This document shows positions 21,077-29,219 of a stretch of DNA of 64,000 nucleotides, one piece after another. The DNA lies in contig CAZMEW010000002.1 in assembly GCA_964565405.1 (NCBI GenBank), forward strand, positions 20,918 to 84,917, in the 5' to 3' direction. The notes beneath the pieces were generated by a model, which was not told where the DNA came from, searched no databases, and was given only the letters and a program-made list of their open reading frames with translations. A program made the position numbers and the translations under genes. Position 1 is the stretch's first letter, and every line of letters starts with the position of its first letter. Source of the stretch: an uncultured Gammaproteobacteria bacterium. Lineage in GTDB: Bacteria; Patescibacteriota; Patescibacteriia; Magasanikbacterales; UBA922.

Positions 21077-21526
21077 GTGAAGAATGTGAGTATTAAATCA
21101 AACTTGTTAAAGTATCGAAATGTTTTATTTGCTATAGTAGCAATAGTAAGTGTCTTTACTGTTGCCCCAGTTCAGTTGGCACATGCAGCTGATGATCCTA
21201 ATGATGCAACCGTAGAAGATGATTTCGGACTTGATCCACTTAATGAGCTTAATGTTAGTCAAAGCAAGGACTCAGCTCAGGTAGTAATCGTTCGTATTAT
21301 CAATCTCGCATTAACATTCCTTGGATTAATCGCTGTTATCTTGATCCTCTGGGGAGGATTCAAATGGATGACTGCTGGAGGAAATGACGAGAACGTAGAT
21401 GCGGCAAAGAAAATTATCATTGCAGCTGTAATTGGTCTTGCAATTATCATCTCAGCGTACGCAATCACGAATTTCTTTATTACATCAATCAAGAGTTCTG
21501 TGGAAGGTACTACCCCAGACCTCTAA
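21077..21526 (+). CDS. VirB2/TrbC-like pilin #4
   Basis: Signal peptide (AHA), IINLAL.FLG...WGGFKWMTAGGNDENV..AKK.I.AAVIGL.II.SAYAI. Confidence 0.8.
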   Translation: MKNVSIKSNLLKYRNVLFAIVAIVSVFTVAPVQLAHAADDPNDATVEDDFGLDPLNELNVSQSKDSAQVVIVRIINLALTFLGLIAVILILWGGFKWMTAGGNDENVDAAKKIIIAAVIGLAIIISAYAITNFFITSIKSSVEGTTPDL

Positions 21527-21616
21527 TGATAATAGGGATTTTGGCACCCATACGGGTCTCAGAGTTTTCTCGGCATTATATATGTGTCGAGAAAGCTTTG
21601 ACTCTCATATATTATT

Positions 21617-22045
21617 ATGAAAATGAAAAAAATTTTTACCTCGGTATTGCTCAGTATGTGCCTACTGATATTTTGTGGCTTATATCCAAGCTCTGTGATG
21701 GGAGAAGGATGTGACAAAGAAGGAGATATACTTGGTCTGAACTGCGCAAGCGAGCAATATTCAGGATTGAGTGGTCAGGATCCTCGCGTAATAACCGTAA
21801 GAATTATTAATTTCGCTCTTAGTTTGTTGGGAATTGTATCAGTGATTATCATTCTCTATGCCGGATTTACCTGGATGACTGCTGGAGGAAATGACGAGAA
21901 GGTGGGAAGCGCAAAAAAAATATTGTTCGCCGCTGTCATGGGACTCATTATTATCCTGGTTTCTTATTCACTTACGAGTTTCGTCCTGAGGTCGCTATGC
22001 AAGGCGACCGGATCCTGCGGGACCACCTATGGCATTTTTAATTAG
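21617..22045 (+). CDS. VirB2/TrbC-like pilin #5
   Basis: DPR...IINFAL.LLG...YAGFTWMTAGGNDEKV..AKK. Confidence 0.8.
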   Translation: MKMKKIFTSVLLSMCLLIFCGLYPSSVMGEGCDKEGDILGLNCASEQYSGLSGQDPRVITVRIINFALSLLGIVSVIIILYAGFTWMTAGGNDEKVGSAKKILFAAVMGLIIILVSYSLTSFVLRSLCKATGSCGTTYGIFN

Positions 22046-22053
22046 TAGTTTGT

Positions 22054-22980
22054 ATGAAAAAAAAGTACGGAATAGTCGGCATTATCATTGCTTTTACACT
22101 ATGCATGCTCGGTACTGTAGCGTTTGCTACCAATGATCCGTCATATGGGCTCAATGATACGGCAAAAGCAGCAAAATTGAATACTGAGTCAAGTGTTCCA
22201 ACAATCGCTGGAAACGTAATCGGAACATTATTATCCATGATTTCAGTCCTATTCTTCGTATTGGTACTCTATGGAGGCATACTCTGGATGACTGCCCGGG
22301 GAAGTTCTGAGACAACAGAAAAAGCACTGAATACGATTATTGCTGCAACCATTGGTATTATCATAATCATGGGTGCTTACGCGCTAACCAATTTTGTATT
22401 TAAGCTGGGCGGGAATGTGGGTAGTAGCGGTAGTCAAGAGCAAGGTGATAGTGGAGGAAATAATTCACCAGTCTCAAGTGAGATATGGTGTCTCGCGGTA
22501 GACCGTTGTTCTCAACAGGGTGACAGTTGTCCGAGTGGGACTGATTATAGGTCTCAAGGTGATTGTTTAGCTGCCCTAGAGGAAGAAAGTCCGGCTCCAG
22601 ATGGAGGAAATCAAGATCAATCATATTGCTATAATGATGATGTAGGTACGTGTAATCCTGGTTCTGGTGGAGGGTGTGAAAAAATCTTTACAGGCGGAAA
22701 TGCACAAGCTGAATGTGAAGCATTCAGTGGAAAGAGATGTGGTATCAAAGTATATCAAGGTCAGACCGAGTGTGACTCAATATTTTTAGATTTTGACAGT
22801 AACAAATCAGACTGCGCACTGCCTTACTGTAAGTTGATAACAGATTGTCCTGCTGGCAGTGATTGCACTGACCACAGAGATGGTGTTTGGATGTGCGAAG
22901 ATAACGGGGGGTGTAATAGTCTAAGTAATATACAGTGTGAGAGTACACCGGTATATGCAGAATACTGTGAATTGCAATAA
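22054..22980 (+). CDS. VirB2-like pilin #6 with C-terminal Cys-rich extracellular tail
   Basis: N-terminal pilin domain (YGGILWMTARG) followed by about 190 aa rich in Cys, Gly and Ser. Confidence 0.75.
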   Translation: MKKKYGIVGIIIAFTLCMLGTVAFATNDPSYGLNDTAKAAKLNTESSVPTIAGNVIGTLLSMISVLFFVLVLYGGILWMTARGSSETTEKALNTIIAATIGIIIIMGAYALTNFVFKLGGNVGSSGSQEQGDSGGNNSPVSSEIWCLAVDRCSQQGDSCPSGTDYRSQGDCLAALEEESPAPDGGNQDQSYCYNDDVGTCNPGSGGGCEKIFTGGNAQAECEAFSGKRCGIKVYQGQTECDSIFLDFDSNKSDCALPYCKLITDCPAGSDCTDHRDGVWMCEDNGGCNSLSNIQCESTPVYAEYCELQ

Positions 22981-22989
22981 ATTTGAGTT

Positions 22990-23379
22990 ATGAAGATAAA
23001 AAAAATAACAAGAATTTCTTTTATCTTTATTTCGTTACTATTTATTTCATTGCAGTTGACTAAAACAGCACAAGCCAAAAAAACCATAGAAGATGCAGGG
23101 TCAGCGCTCGAATCAGCAGTGAATCCGACTGGTTTGCCCAAAGGTGAAGTGGCCACATATATTGGATCAGTTGCACAATGGCTCTTTGGACTACTCGGAC
23201 TATTATTTTTTGGGCTAACACTATACGCGGGCGTGCTGTGGTTTACTGCACGTGGGGAAGATGAGCGAATCGCAAAAGCCCGCCAGACACTCATAACTGC
23301 AATCATTGGGATGATAATCGCAGTTAGTGCCTATGCAATAACCACATTTGTAACCAACGCAGCAATTCTCGGACAATAA
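22990..23379 (+). CDS. VirB2/TrbC-like pilin #7
   Basis: YAGVLWFTARGEDERIAKAR.TL..AIIG...SAYAI. Confidence 0.8.
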   Translation: MKIKKITRISFIFISLLFISLQLTKTAQAKKTIEDAGSALESAVNPTGLPKGEVATYIGSVAQWLFGLLGLLFFGLTLYAGVLWFTARGEDERIAKARQTLITAIIGMIIAVSAYAITTFVTNAAILGQ

Positions 23380-23391
23380 TTGTTAACTCAT

Positions 23392-23787
23392 ATGAAAAAA
23401 CAAGTGCAATATTTACATAAGACGTGGTTCAAGATAACTGTGGGTGCACTAACCCTGCTGACCATACCGCATCGTACGATTGCCCAGGGCAATCTCAATA
23501 ATGCAGGTGATAATTTGAAGAATGTCCAAAATGGAATAGGTGGGAATGTGCCAACCGATTTGTCGCTTATGGTTGGGAATGTGATAAAGGTAGTACTGAG
23601 TCTCGTGGGTATTATTTTTCTCATACTTACGGTATATGCCGGCTATCTCTGGATGACTGCGCGTGGTGATGACGAGCAGGTGAATAAGGCAAAAGAAATT
23701 ATCAAGTCATCAATCATGGGACTCTTTATAGTGGTATCCTCATATGCGATTACGGTATTTATTACCTCTAGATTTAGTGGTCAATAA
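23392..23787 (+). CDS. VirB2/TrbC-like pilin #8
   Basis: YAGYLWMTARGDDEQVNKAK. Start taken at ATG 23392. Confidence 0.8.
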   Translation: MKKQVQYLHKTWFKITVGALTLLTIPHRTIAQGNLNNAGDNLKNVQNGIGGNVPTDLSLMVGNVIKVVLSLVGIIFLILTVYAGYLWMTARGDDEQVNKAKEIIKSSIMGLFIVVSSYAITVFITSRFSGQ

Positions 23788-24076
23788 TATGAAAAAAGTT
23801 CACAGTATAAAATATATCATGTTAAGTGTCTTTGTATTTTTGAGTCTAGTAACTCAGACAGCGTTTGCTCAGAACCTAGGCATCGACGATGTACATAAGG
23901 CAGGACAGCAAGCGGGGTATAAGCAAGCAACCGATACCAGTCTGTCAGAAAATATTGGAAAAATTATAACAATTTTATTCTCAATACTCGGTGTGTTGTT
24001 TACAGTCCTTATTGTATATGCCGGCTATCTCTGGATGACTGCGCGTGGTGATGACGAGCAGGTGAATAAGGCAAAA
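23632..24076 (+). repeat. 63-bp exact direct repeat shared by pilins #8 and #9 (23632-23694 and 24014-24076)
   Basis: GTATATGCCGGCTATCTCTGGATGACTGCGCGTGGTGATGACGAGCAGGTGAATAAGGCAAAA occurs in both genes; flanks are diverged. Confidence 0.95.
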
Positions 24077-24193
24077 AATATTATTGGTCGGGCGGTGATT
24101 GGAATCATTATTCTACTTATGGCCTACAGTATCACCAACTTCGTGGTTCCACGAGTGATTGAAAGTACTGTACAAACTCCCACAGTCGAGTAA
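23789..24193 (+). CDS. VirB2/TrbC-like pilin #9
   Basis: Same YAGYLWMTARGDDEQVNKAK core. ATG 23789 follows the previous stop. Confidence 0.8.
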   Translation: MKKVHSIKYIMLSVFVFLSLVTQTAFAQNLGIDDVHKAGQQAGYKQATDTSLSENIGKIITILFSILGVLFTVLIVYAGYLWMTARGDDEQVNKAKNIIGRAVIGIIILLMAYSITNFVVPRVIESTVQTPTVE

Positions 24194-24194
24194 T

Positions 24195-24599
24195 ATGTAC
24201 AATCGTTTTAAACAGATTATCATAGCAATTGTATTTGCGTGTTCACTACTACTAGGCACACCTCATTCAACCGTGCAAGCGACCAGTACAGAGCCAGATA
24301 TACTTGAACAGTTGAATGCGGGGTCCAAAGCAGCGGGATATGGTACAAACGCCATCGATCCACGTATCGCCGTAGGAAACGGGATAAAACTCGTCCTTTC
24401 CCTTTTGGGAATAATATTCGTAGTATTAGTTTTTTATGCGGGGTTTCTTATTTTTAGTGCGGCAGGGGATGAAGAGAATATTGCAAAAGCAAAAAAAATT
24501 ATTAGTTACGCGGTCATAGGACTCATTATCATTATATCTGCTTATAGTATTACGAGTTTTATCACGAGCCGGATCGTAGCAGAGACGATCGGATACTAG
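24195..24599 (+). CDS. VirB2/TrbC-like pilin #10
   Basis: DPR...YAGFLIFSAAGDEENIAKAKKII.YAVIGL...SAYSI. Start taken at ATG 24195. Confidence 0.8.
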   Translation: MYNRFKQIIIAIVFACSLLLGTPHSTVQATSTEPDILEQLNAGSKAAGYGTNAIDPRIAVGNGIKLVLSLLGIIFVVLVFYAGFLIFSAAGDEENIAKAKKIISYAVIGLIIIISAYSITSFITSRIVAETIGY

Positions 24600-24606
24600 G
24601 TAAAAT

Positions 24607-25155
24607 ATGAAAACAATAAAAAAATTATTAGGTATCGGAGTGTTTATACTCTTTGTTTTGGGTATATTCTCACCTCTAGCGGTACAGGGGGATGCCAATC
24701 CCAAACCTTATCAAGGTTCAGAAATGGAAAGACAACTAAACGCGTTTGGAGGGAGTAATGGGGCGCAGTTGCAGTCGGCGACTGACCCAAGAATCGTAGT
24801 TGCACGACTTATCAAAATATTTTTGAGTGTTGTAGGGGTAGTGGCTGTAGCACTCGGTGCGTATGCAGGGTTTTTGATTATGACCTCAAGTGGAAACGAA
24901 GAAAAAATTGATGTAGGTAAAAAGATTCTCTTATATTGCGTCTCGGGGGTCGCGGTAATGCTCGCAGCCTATAGTATCGTGTATTTCATCTACGTGGGGA
25001 TCTATAAGAGTTTTGAGAATCCTGCATCTTTTGGCTGTGATGGGGGAGTATATGTGAGATCAAATGATTCAGATCTCTATAATCCAGACACTATTCAGGA
25101 AGATACGATCCAGAGCGGGTATGTGGGCGACTCTTTTGAATGGAGATGTAATTGA
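24607..25155 (+). CDS. VirB2/TrbC-like pilin #11 with short C-terminal extension
   Basis: DPR...YAGFLIMTSSGNEEKI..GKK.L...AAYSI. Confidence 0.75.
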   Translation: MKTIKKLLGIGVFILFVLGIFSPLAVQGDANPKPYQGSEMERQLNAFGGSNGAQLQSATDPRIVVARLIKIFLSVVGVVAVALGAYAGFLIMTSSGNEEKIDVGKKILLYCVSGVAVMLAAYSIVYFIYVGIYKSFENPASFGCDGGVYVRSNDSDLYNPDTIQEDTIQSGYVGDSFEWRCN

Positions 25156-26251
25156 GAATACGCCATCCATTAGGTCGCCCAGCTGGGCGACTTTTTTTTG
25201 TCTTTTCTTGAGAAAGATAAGTATGAGTAAGTTCAATGATACGAGCCGGATTGTTCGCATATCCACCAAGACCGTTTTTGATAATATGATTGGTATTAAA
25301 TTCTTCTTGGCCGGGGATAGGATTAATTGCGATAAGCGGAACACCTGCGACTGAGCATTCAGTGGTGGTTAATCCTCCAGGCTTGCTTATAACCACCTGA
25401 GAGGCAGACATAAGGTGGGGAATGTCATCAATCCAGCCTAATGGTCGATACGTAATATGTTCGGGGGGGTGTAATTTTGAAAGTTGGTTAAATAATTTTT
25501 TGTTCTTTCCCGCAATCGCAAATATAGTAACAGGTCGGGAAATATGTGAGAATAAATCTTTGACCGTATGTGCAATTTTAATCATTCCTTTACCACCTGA
25601 AAGTATGAGAATGATCGGTGATGGGGTGGGTAGGTGATATTTTGATCGAATCTCACGAAAAGAATGGGGTTCATAAAACCGAGGATCTACCGGGATACCG
25701 AATTCAAGAATACGGGAGGGGTGTATAGCGTATGTATGTATCAGTTCTTCTTTCATCTCGTGAGTACTTACGACGTAATCAGTATTACCTTCGACTACAC
25801 ACATCGGGTGAATACCATAGTCGGTGATAATCTGAGTAAGAGGAATGACATGATTTTGTTTTTTCATCGCATGCATGAGAATTTCAGCAGGGAGAAAATT
25901 AGTTGTAATAATATGATCAGGATTGAATCGGACCACTTCGTCGAGAAATTCAAATGAATTAAGCATTTTTAAATAATCCGTAAGTGTGTGGTACATTTTG
26001 ATAAATGCTTTATTGTCAGTCAACTTGAATAATGATGACCAGACCGTAGGCAAATGTGAAGCCAAAAAACCATACCCTTCTGCGGTAGCTTTTTTCAGCA
26101 CAGGAGTGATATAGTCAGCAATATCAATATGTCTGCAGATAAGCTCTGGGAAATGAAGTTTGGCAGTATTTTGGAGTGCCAATCCAGCTTGGATGTGTCC
26201 TGCTCCTGCAGAAAGAGATACAATGAGAATTTTTTTTCTTCGAATAGACAT
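25091..26251 (-). CDS. MGDG synthase / UgtP-like diacylglycerol glycosyltransferase (GT28)
   Basis: SAGAGH, IITDY..H, GIPV...F, ISKPGGLTTTE and PIPGQEE.N motifs. Confidence 0.88.
   Translation of the reverse strand: MSIRRKKILIVSLSAGAGHIQAGLALQNTAKLHFPELICRHIDIADYITPVLKKATAEGYGFLASHLPTVWSSLFKLTDNKAFIKMYHTLTDYLKMLNSFEFLDEVVRFNPDHIITTNFLPAEILMHAMKKQNHVIPLTQIITDYGIHPMCVVEGNTDYVVSTHEMKEELIHTYAIHPSRILEFGIPVDPRFYEPHSFREIRSKYHLPTPSPIILILSGGKGMIKIAHTVKDLFSHISRPVTIFAIAGKNKKLFNQLSKLHPPEHITYRPLGWIDDIPHLMSASQVVISKPGGLTTTECSVAGVPLIAINPIPGQEEFNTNHIIKNGLGGYANNPARIIELTHTYLSQEKTKKSRPAGRPNGWRILNYISIQKSRPHTRSGSYLPE
25174..25200 (+). terminator. intrinsic terminator ending the pilin array
   Basis: GTCGCCC-AGCT-GGGCGAC followed by T8. 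Confidence 0.7.
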
Positions 26252-26302
26252 AGATCAGGAGGGGTAGTTCCCGAAGATAAGTATAGCAATTCCATGAAAA
26301 CA

Positions 26303-26327
26303 ATAAAACGCCATGACGGCGTTTTAT
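26303..26327. terminator. hairpin/terminator downstream of the host tRNA-His 3' remnant
   Basis: ATAAAACGCC-atgac-GGCGTTTTAT perfect inverted repeat. Confidence 0.65.
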
Positions 26328-26344
26328 GGTGAGATCCCCTTAGG

Positions 26345-26357
26345 GGTGACTAACGGG
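26345..26357 (-). pseudogene. 3' fragment of the interrupted host tRNA-His (left att junction)
   Basis: Minus strand reads CCCGT-TAGTCAC-C: the 3' T-stem strand, 3' acceptor strand and C73. It pairs exactly with the 5' fragment at 35831-35891. Confidence 0.88.
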
Positions 26358-26493
26358 GCCTGGCCCAAGACTTTCGTATAATAGCAGCTTTATGGAGAAG
26401 GGTGCAATTATTGAATTGTGATGAACTAATTGCGGATAAAGATGATTCTGCGTCTATGGCAGCAGAGCAGGGAAGGTGTTAGAATAGCCGTAT

Positions 26494-27348
26494 ATGCAAA
26501 CTATCATAGTTCCAAAACCAAAAGATAAGAGTCTTACTTCACAGCTCGTGTCGCTCTATAACACATTTAAAGGTCCGTTACATGACGAACAGGTGACTTT
26601 TGATCTGTCTGAGGTGCCATGGGTGTGCCCCGCGTTATTGTTGCCAATCAGCGCATATATTAACTCCACGAGCAGTGAGTATAGTGTGAATACTAACGGT
26701 AACACTGCCGCCTATCTTGAAACAATTAAATTTCCAAAAGGGGTTGATTCAGTGTCAGTTTTTGAAGCACAGACACAAGAGCATAAAACCTTTATTCCTA
26801 TCAGTGTTTTAAAAAAGCAAATGGGGGTAGAACGAGAGCGGCTGGAGTCTATGTTTGGAAAAATGGTAAGTAAAGTCATAGAGGCTGCAACAGGTACACA
26901 AAATGCTATATATTATCCGATTAGTGAATTAGTCACTAATATCTTTGAACATAGTAAAAAAGAGGAAGGATATATTTTTGGGCAATGGTATCCAACAAAA
27001 GGTTATTTGGATATTTGTATTGTGGACCGGGGACGCGGTTTAGCTCAGTCATATAAAGATGAAAAAGACCAGATATTATCAGATGCAGACGCTATCGGTG
27101 CTGTTATGAACGGACAGTCAACTAAAGCAAACAAAGAGCGAGGTTACGGCATACGAACCTCTAAGCAGGTTGTATGCAAAGGATTGAAAGGTGAATTTAT
27201 GCTGGTTTCCGGCTCTGCCGCACTATTAACCACAGAAACAGAAGAGCGTTTGATTGCATTACCGGAGTTTTCATGGCAAGGAGTAATCATCGCGTACCGT
27301 ATACCTAAACCAGAGCACCCTGTTGACATTTCACCGTATTTGGAATAA
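26494..27348 (+). CDS. GHKL/HATPase_c-domain protein (anti-sigma or kinase-like)
   Basis: N-box ISELVTNIFEHS, G1 box IVDRGRG, G2 box RGYGI, terminal WQGV.I. No His-phosphotransfer domain recognised. Confidence 0.75.
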   Translation: MQTIIVPKPKDKSLTSQLVSLYNTFKGPLHDEQVTFDLSEVPWVCPALLLPISAYINSTSSEYSVNTNGNTAAYLETIKFPKGVDSVSVFEAQTQEHKTFIPISVLKKQMGVERERLESMFGKMVSKVIEAATGTQNAIYYPISELVTNIFEHSKKEEGYIFGQWYPTKGYLDICIVDRGRGLAQSYKDEKDQILSDADAIGAVMNGQSTKANKERGYGIRTSKQVVCKGLKGEFMLVSGSAALLTTETEERLIALPEFSWQGVIIAYRIPKPEHPVDISPYLE

Positions 27349-27389
27349 AATGATTAATCCGCTATACTAGAAAAGCGGTAACGGAACAT

Positions 27390-27734
27390 ATGAAAGAGAA
27401 CGAAAAACATACAATAGATGTAGAGCAGCTTCTAGCACCAATAATTGGTTCGCGTGATATTGCTGACCGGTTGAAAGAAGCAATTGCAGACGCTCGCACC
27501 AAAGCGGTTGATTTGGATTTCCAAAATGTTGAATTTGTTTCTCGTTCAGCAGCGCATGAGATGCTTTTGATTAAAGAAGTTTTTAATCGTAAAGCTATAA
27601 ATAAAAAAGATGTTTCATTTGTGAATACAAATAAGGCAGTGACGGATATGTTTCGAGTTATTGCGGCAAATCGTGCAATCCCTAAAGCCCCTGCAAATTT
27701 TGATCCTCATCATATCTCGATAAATTCGCTGTAG
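27390..27734 (+). CDS. STAS-like (DUF4325-type) protein
   Basis: SR..A..L....V.LDFQNVEFVSRSAAHEML STAS-like motif. Partner of the upstream ATPase. Candidate promoter TTGACA-17-TAAAAT at 27323-27351. Confidence 0.7.
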   Translation: MKENEKHTIDVEQLLAPIIGSRDIADRLKEAIADARTKAVDLDFQNVEFVSRSAAHEMLLIKEVFNRKAINKKDVSFVNTNKAVTDMFRVIAANRAIPKAPANFDPHHISINSL

Positions 27735-27773
27735 GCTTAAGTTTTGGTTACAGAAGCTCAAGCCTTACAGGGC

Positions 27774-27802
27774 TTGATTTTTTATTCTTTATAGTGTATA
27801 GT
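27774..27802 (+). promoter_or_regulatory. sigma70 promoter of the element-borne tRNA-His
   Basis: TTGATT-17 bp-TATAGT about 24 nt upstream of the tRNA. Overlaps the terminator hairpin TCAAGCC-ttacag-GGCTTGA of the upstream gene. Confidence 0.6.
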
Positions 27803-27825
27803 TGTCCAACAAAAGTCCCTGTAGG

Positions 27826-27897
27826 GGTGGCTATGGTGTAGTGGTAACACAGAGGTTTGTGGTACCTTTATCACGGGTTCGATCCCCGTTAGCCACC
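27826..27897 (+). tRNA. tRNA-His(GTG), complete, carried inside the mobile element
   Basis: G-1, acceptor GTGGCTA/TAGCCAC, D-arm GTGT/ACAC, anticodon arm GAGGT-TTGTGGT-ACCTT, T-arm ACGGG-TTCGATC-CCCGT, discriminator C73. Confidence 0.95.
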
Positions 27898-27931
27898 CCC
27901 ACCGGGATTTTTCTTTTTTAAAAGTTTTTTT

Positions 27932-28972
27932 ATGTCCTCTCAAATCATTATAAAAAACTCAGACCAACACTATCTAAAAACAGAGAAGTTTATTAGTGAA
28001 TGCGAGAAACGGTGTTTACGAACAGTCAATAAGGAATTGCTAAAGAAACTCAAAGAACTTGATTTGATTAATCCTATATTTACCTCAAAAGAAGGTGATT
28101 TTTATGATTTGTATCAACTCCTGGAAGTTAGTTTTATCGTCAAAAAATGTAAACTTACAGACTTAGAGAAAGAAAAGGTGCAAATTTTAGAAGAGCTGGG
28201 ACCGATAAAACGGATATTACCTTTACTTCAAGACATACGTTATTTTTATCAGCCGGAACTCTATGGACAAATTAGCAGCGGAGTCTTGCCGCCTGATGAG
28301 TTTGAGATAGAACCTTTTCAGGACGTTCTACGTAGTTATGAAAAGAATCTAAAAAGTTTTAAACCAACTGAATATATTAAAAAACATGGATTTGATAAAG
28401 AAGAGATTAAAGAAATCAGAGATTCAATTTTTATAAGAGCACATTGGTTTGACCCGATGCAGGATTGGTACGCGTTTTTAAGAACCATAAGAACTAAGGA
28501 TTACAGTAACTATTTTAAAAAGATAAAAGGAGACGTGCTACTTGCCCATGACTATTATATTGTTGCAGAGTTGTTGACGTTTCTTTATCGAGATTCTTTT
28601 AATGATTCAATCCTAGACCCGGAAGATATTATTGATGGAACAGGTGGCAAATGGAAAGAGGGGGAATGTGCTAATTGCGGTAAGAAAATTAAAAAGATAA
28701 ATTTTAGGCACCGATATTGTTACGAATGTAAGATAAACGAAAAAGAAACCAGAATAGATTTTCATCATTGTTGTAAATGTAATGAAGTATTATTACGATA
28801 CATCGATGGGAATATGGTATTTGAAAAAATAAGTACGCACAGTAAAGCAAAGAAGGGTACGTTAACAAAGCCTATTCAAATATCCCTAGAGTATGGAAAG
28901 ATGCACATAGAGGTAATATGTGCTGATTGTGACCAAATTAATCATATTCCACTTAGCAGCGGATGGTTCTAA
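27932..28972 (+). CDS. hypothetical protein with four C-terminal CxxC pairs (putative zinc ribbons)
   Basis: 346-aa ORF containing CANC, CYEC, CCKC and CADC. Confidence 0.7.
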   Translation: MSSQIIIKNSDQHYLKTEKFISECEKRCLRTVNKELLKKLKELDLINPIFTSKEGDFYDLYQLLEVSFIVKKCKLTDLEKEKVQILEELGPIKRILPLLQDIRYFYQPELYGQISSGVLPPDEFEIEPFQDVLRSYEKNLKSFKPTEYIKKHGFDKEEIKEIRDSIFIRAHWFDPMQDWYAFLRTIRTKDYSNYFKKIKGDVLLAHDYYIVAELLTFLYRDSFNDSILDPEDIIDGTGGKWKEGECANCGKKIKKINFRHRYCYECKINEKETRIDFHHCCKCNEVLLRYIDGNMVFEKISTHSKAKKGTLTKPIQISLEYGKMHIEVICADCDQINHIPLSSGWF

Positions 28973-28973
28973 A

Positions 28974-29001
28974 TTGACAGGGAATACATAGATGATATAA
29001 T
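28974..29001 (+). promoter_or_regulatory. strong sigma70 promoter upstream of the rep leader
   Basis: TTGACA-16 bp-TATAAT with TG extension. Confidence 0.7.
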
Positions 29002-29219
29002 ACAATTGTTCATTTAAAACTACAGTCATCCGTGAGGTGACCAGTTCGGACAATGAAGGGCCGGACAACTAACTGATTCATCAGTCTTTTTAAGACGCGA
29101 GGAAAAAGTGGTTGTTCGGCTTTTTTATTTTACAACCTCTTTGACCTTCTAATTAAGCGAGCTCGAATCAAGCTCGTTTTTTGTTAGCATGAATAAAGAG
29201 AGAAATAAAAAAATGCATA

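Noticed and set aside
21365-24076. CRISPR array or DGR template/variable repeat pair in the pilin region
   Set aside because: The repeats are in-frame parts of paralogous genes. There is no regular spacer pattern, no adenine-specific mismatch pattern, and no cas or reverse-transcriptase gene in the window.
25091-25155. 65-bp convergent overlap of pilin #11 and the glycosyltransferase as a special feature
   Set aside because: Most simply a non-conserved C-terminal run-on through a shared terminator region.
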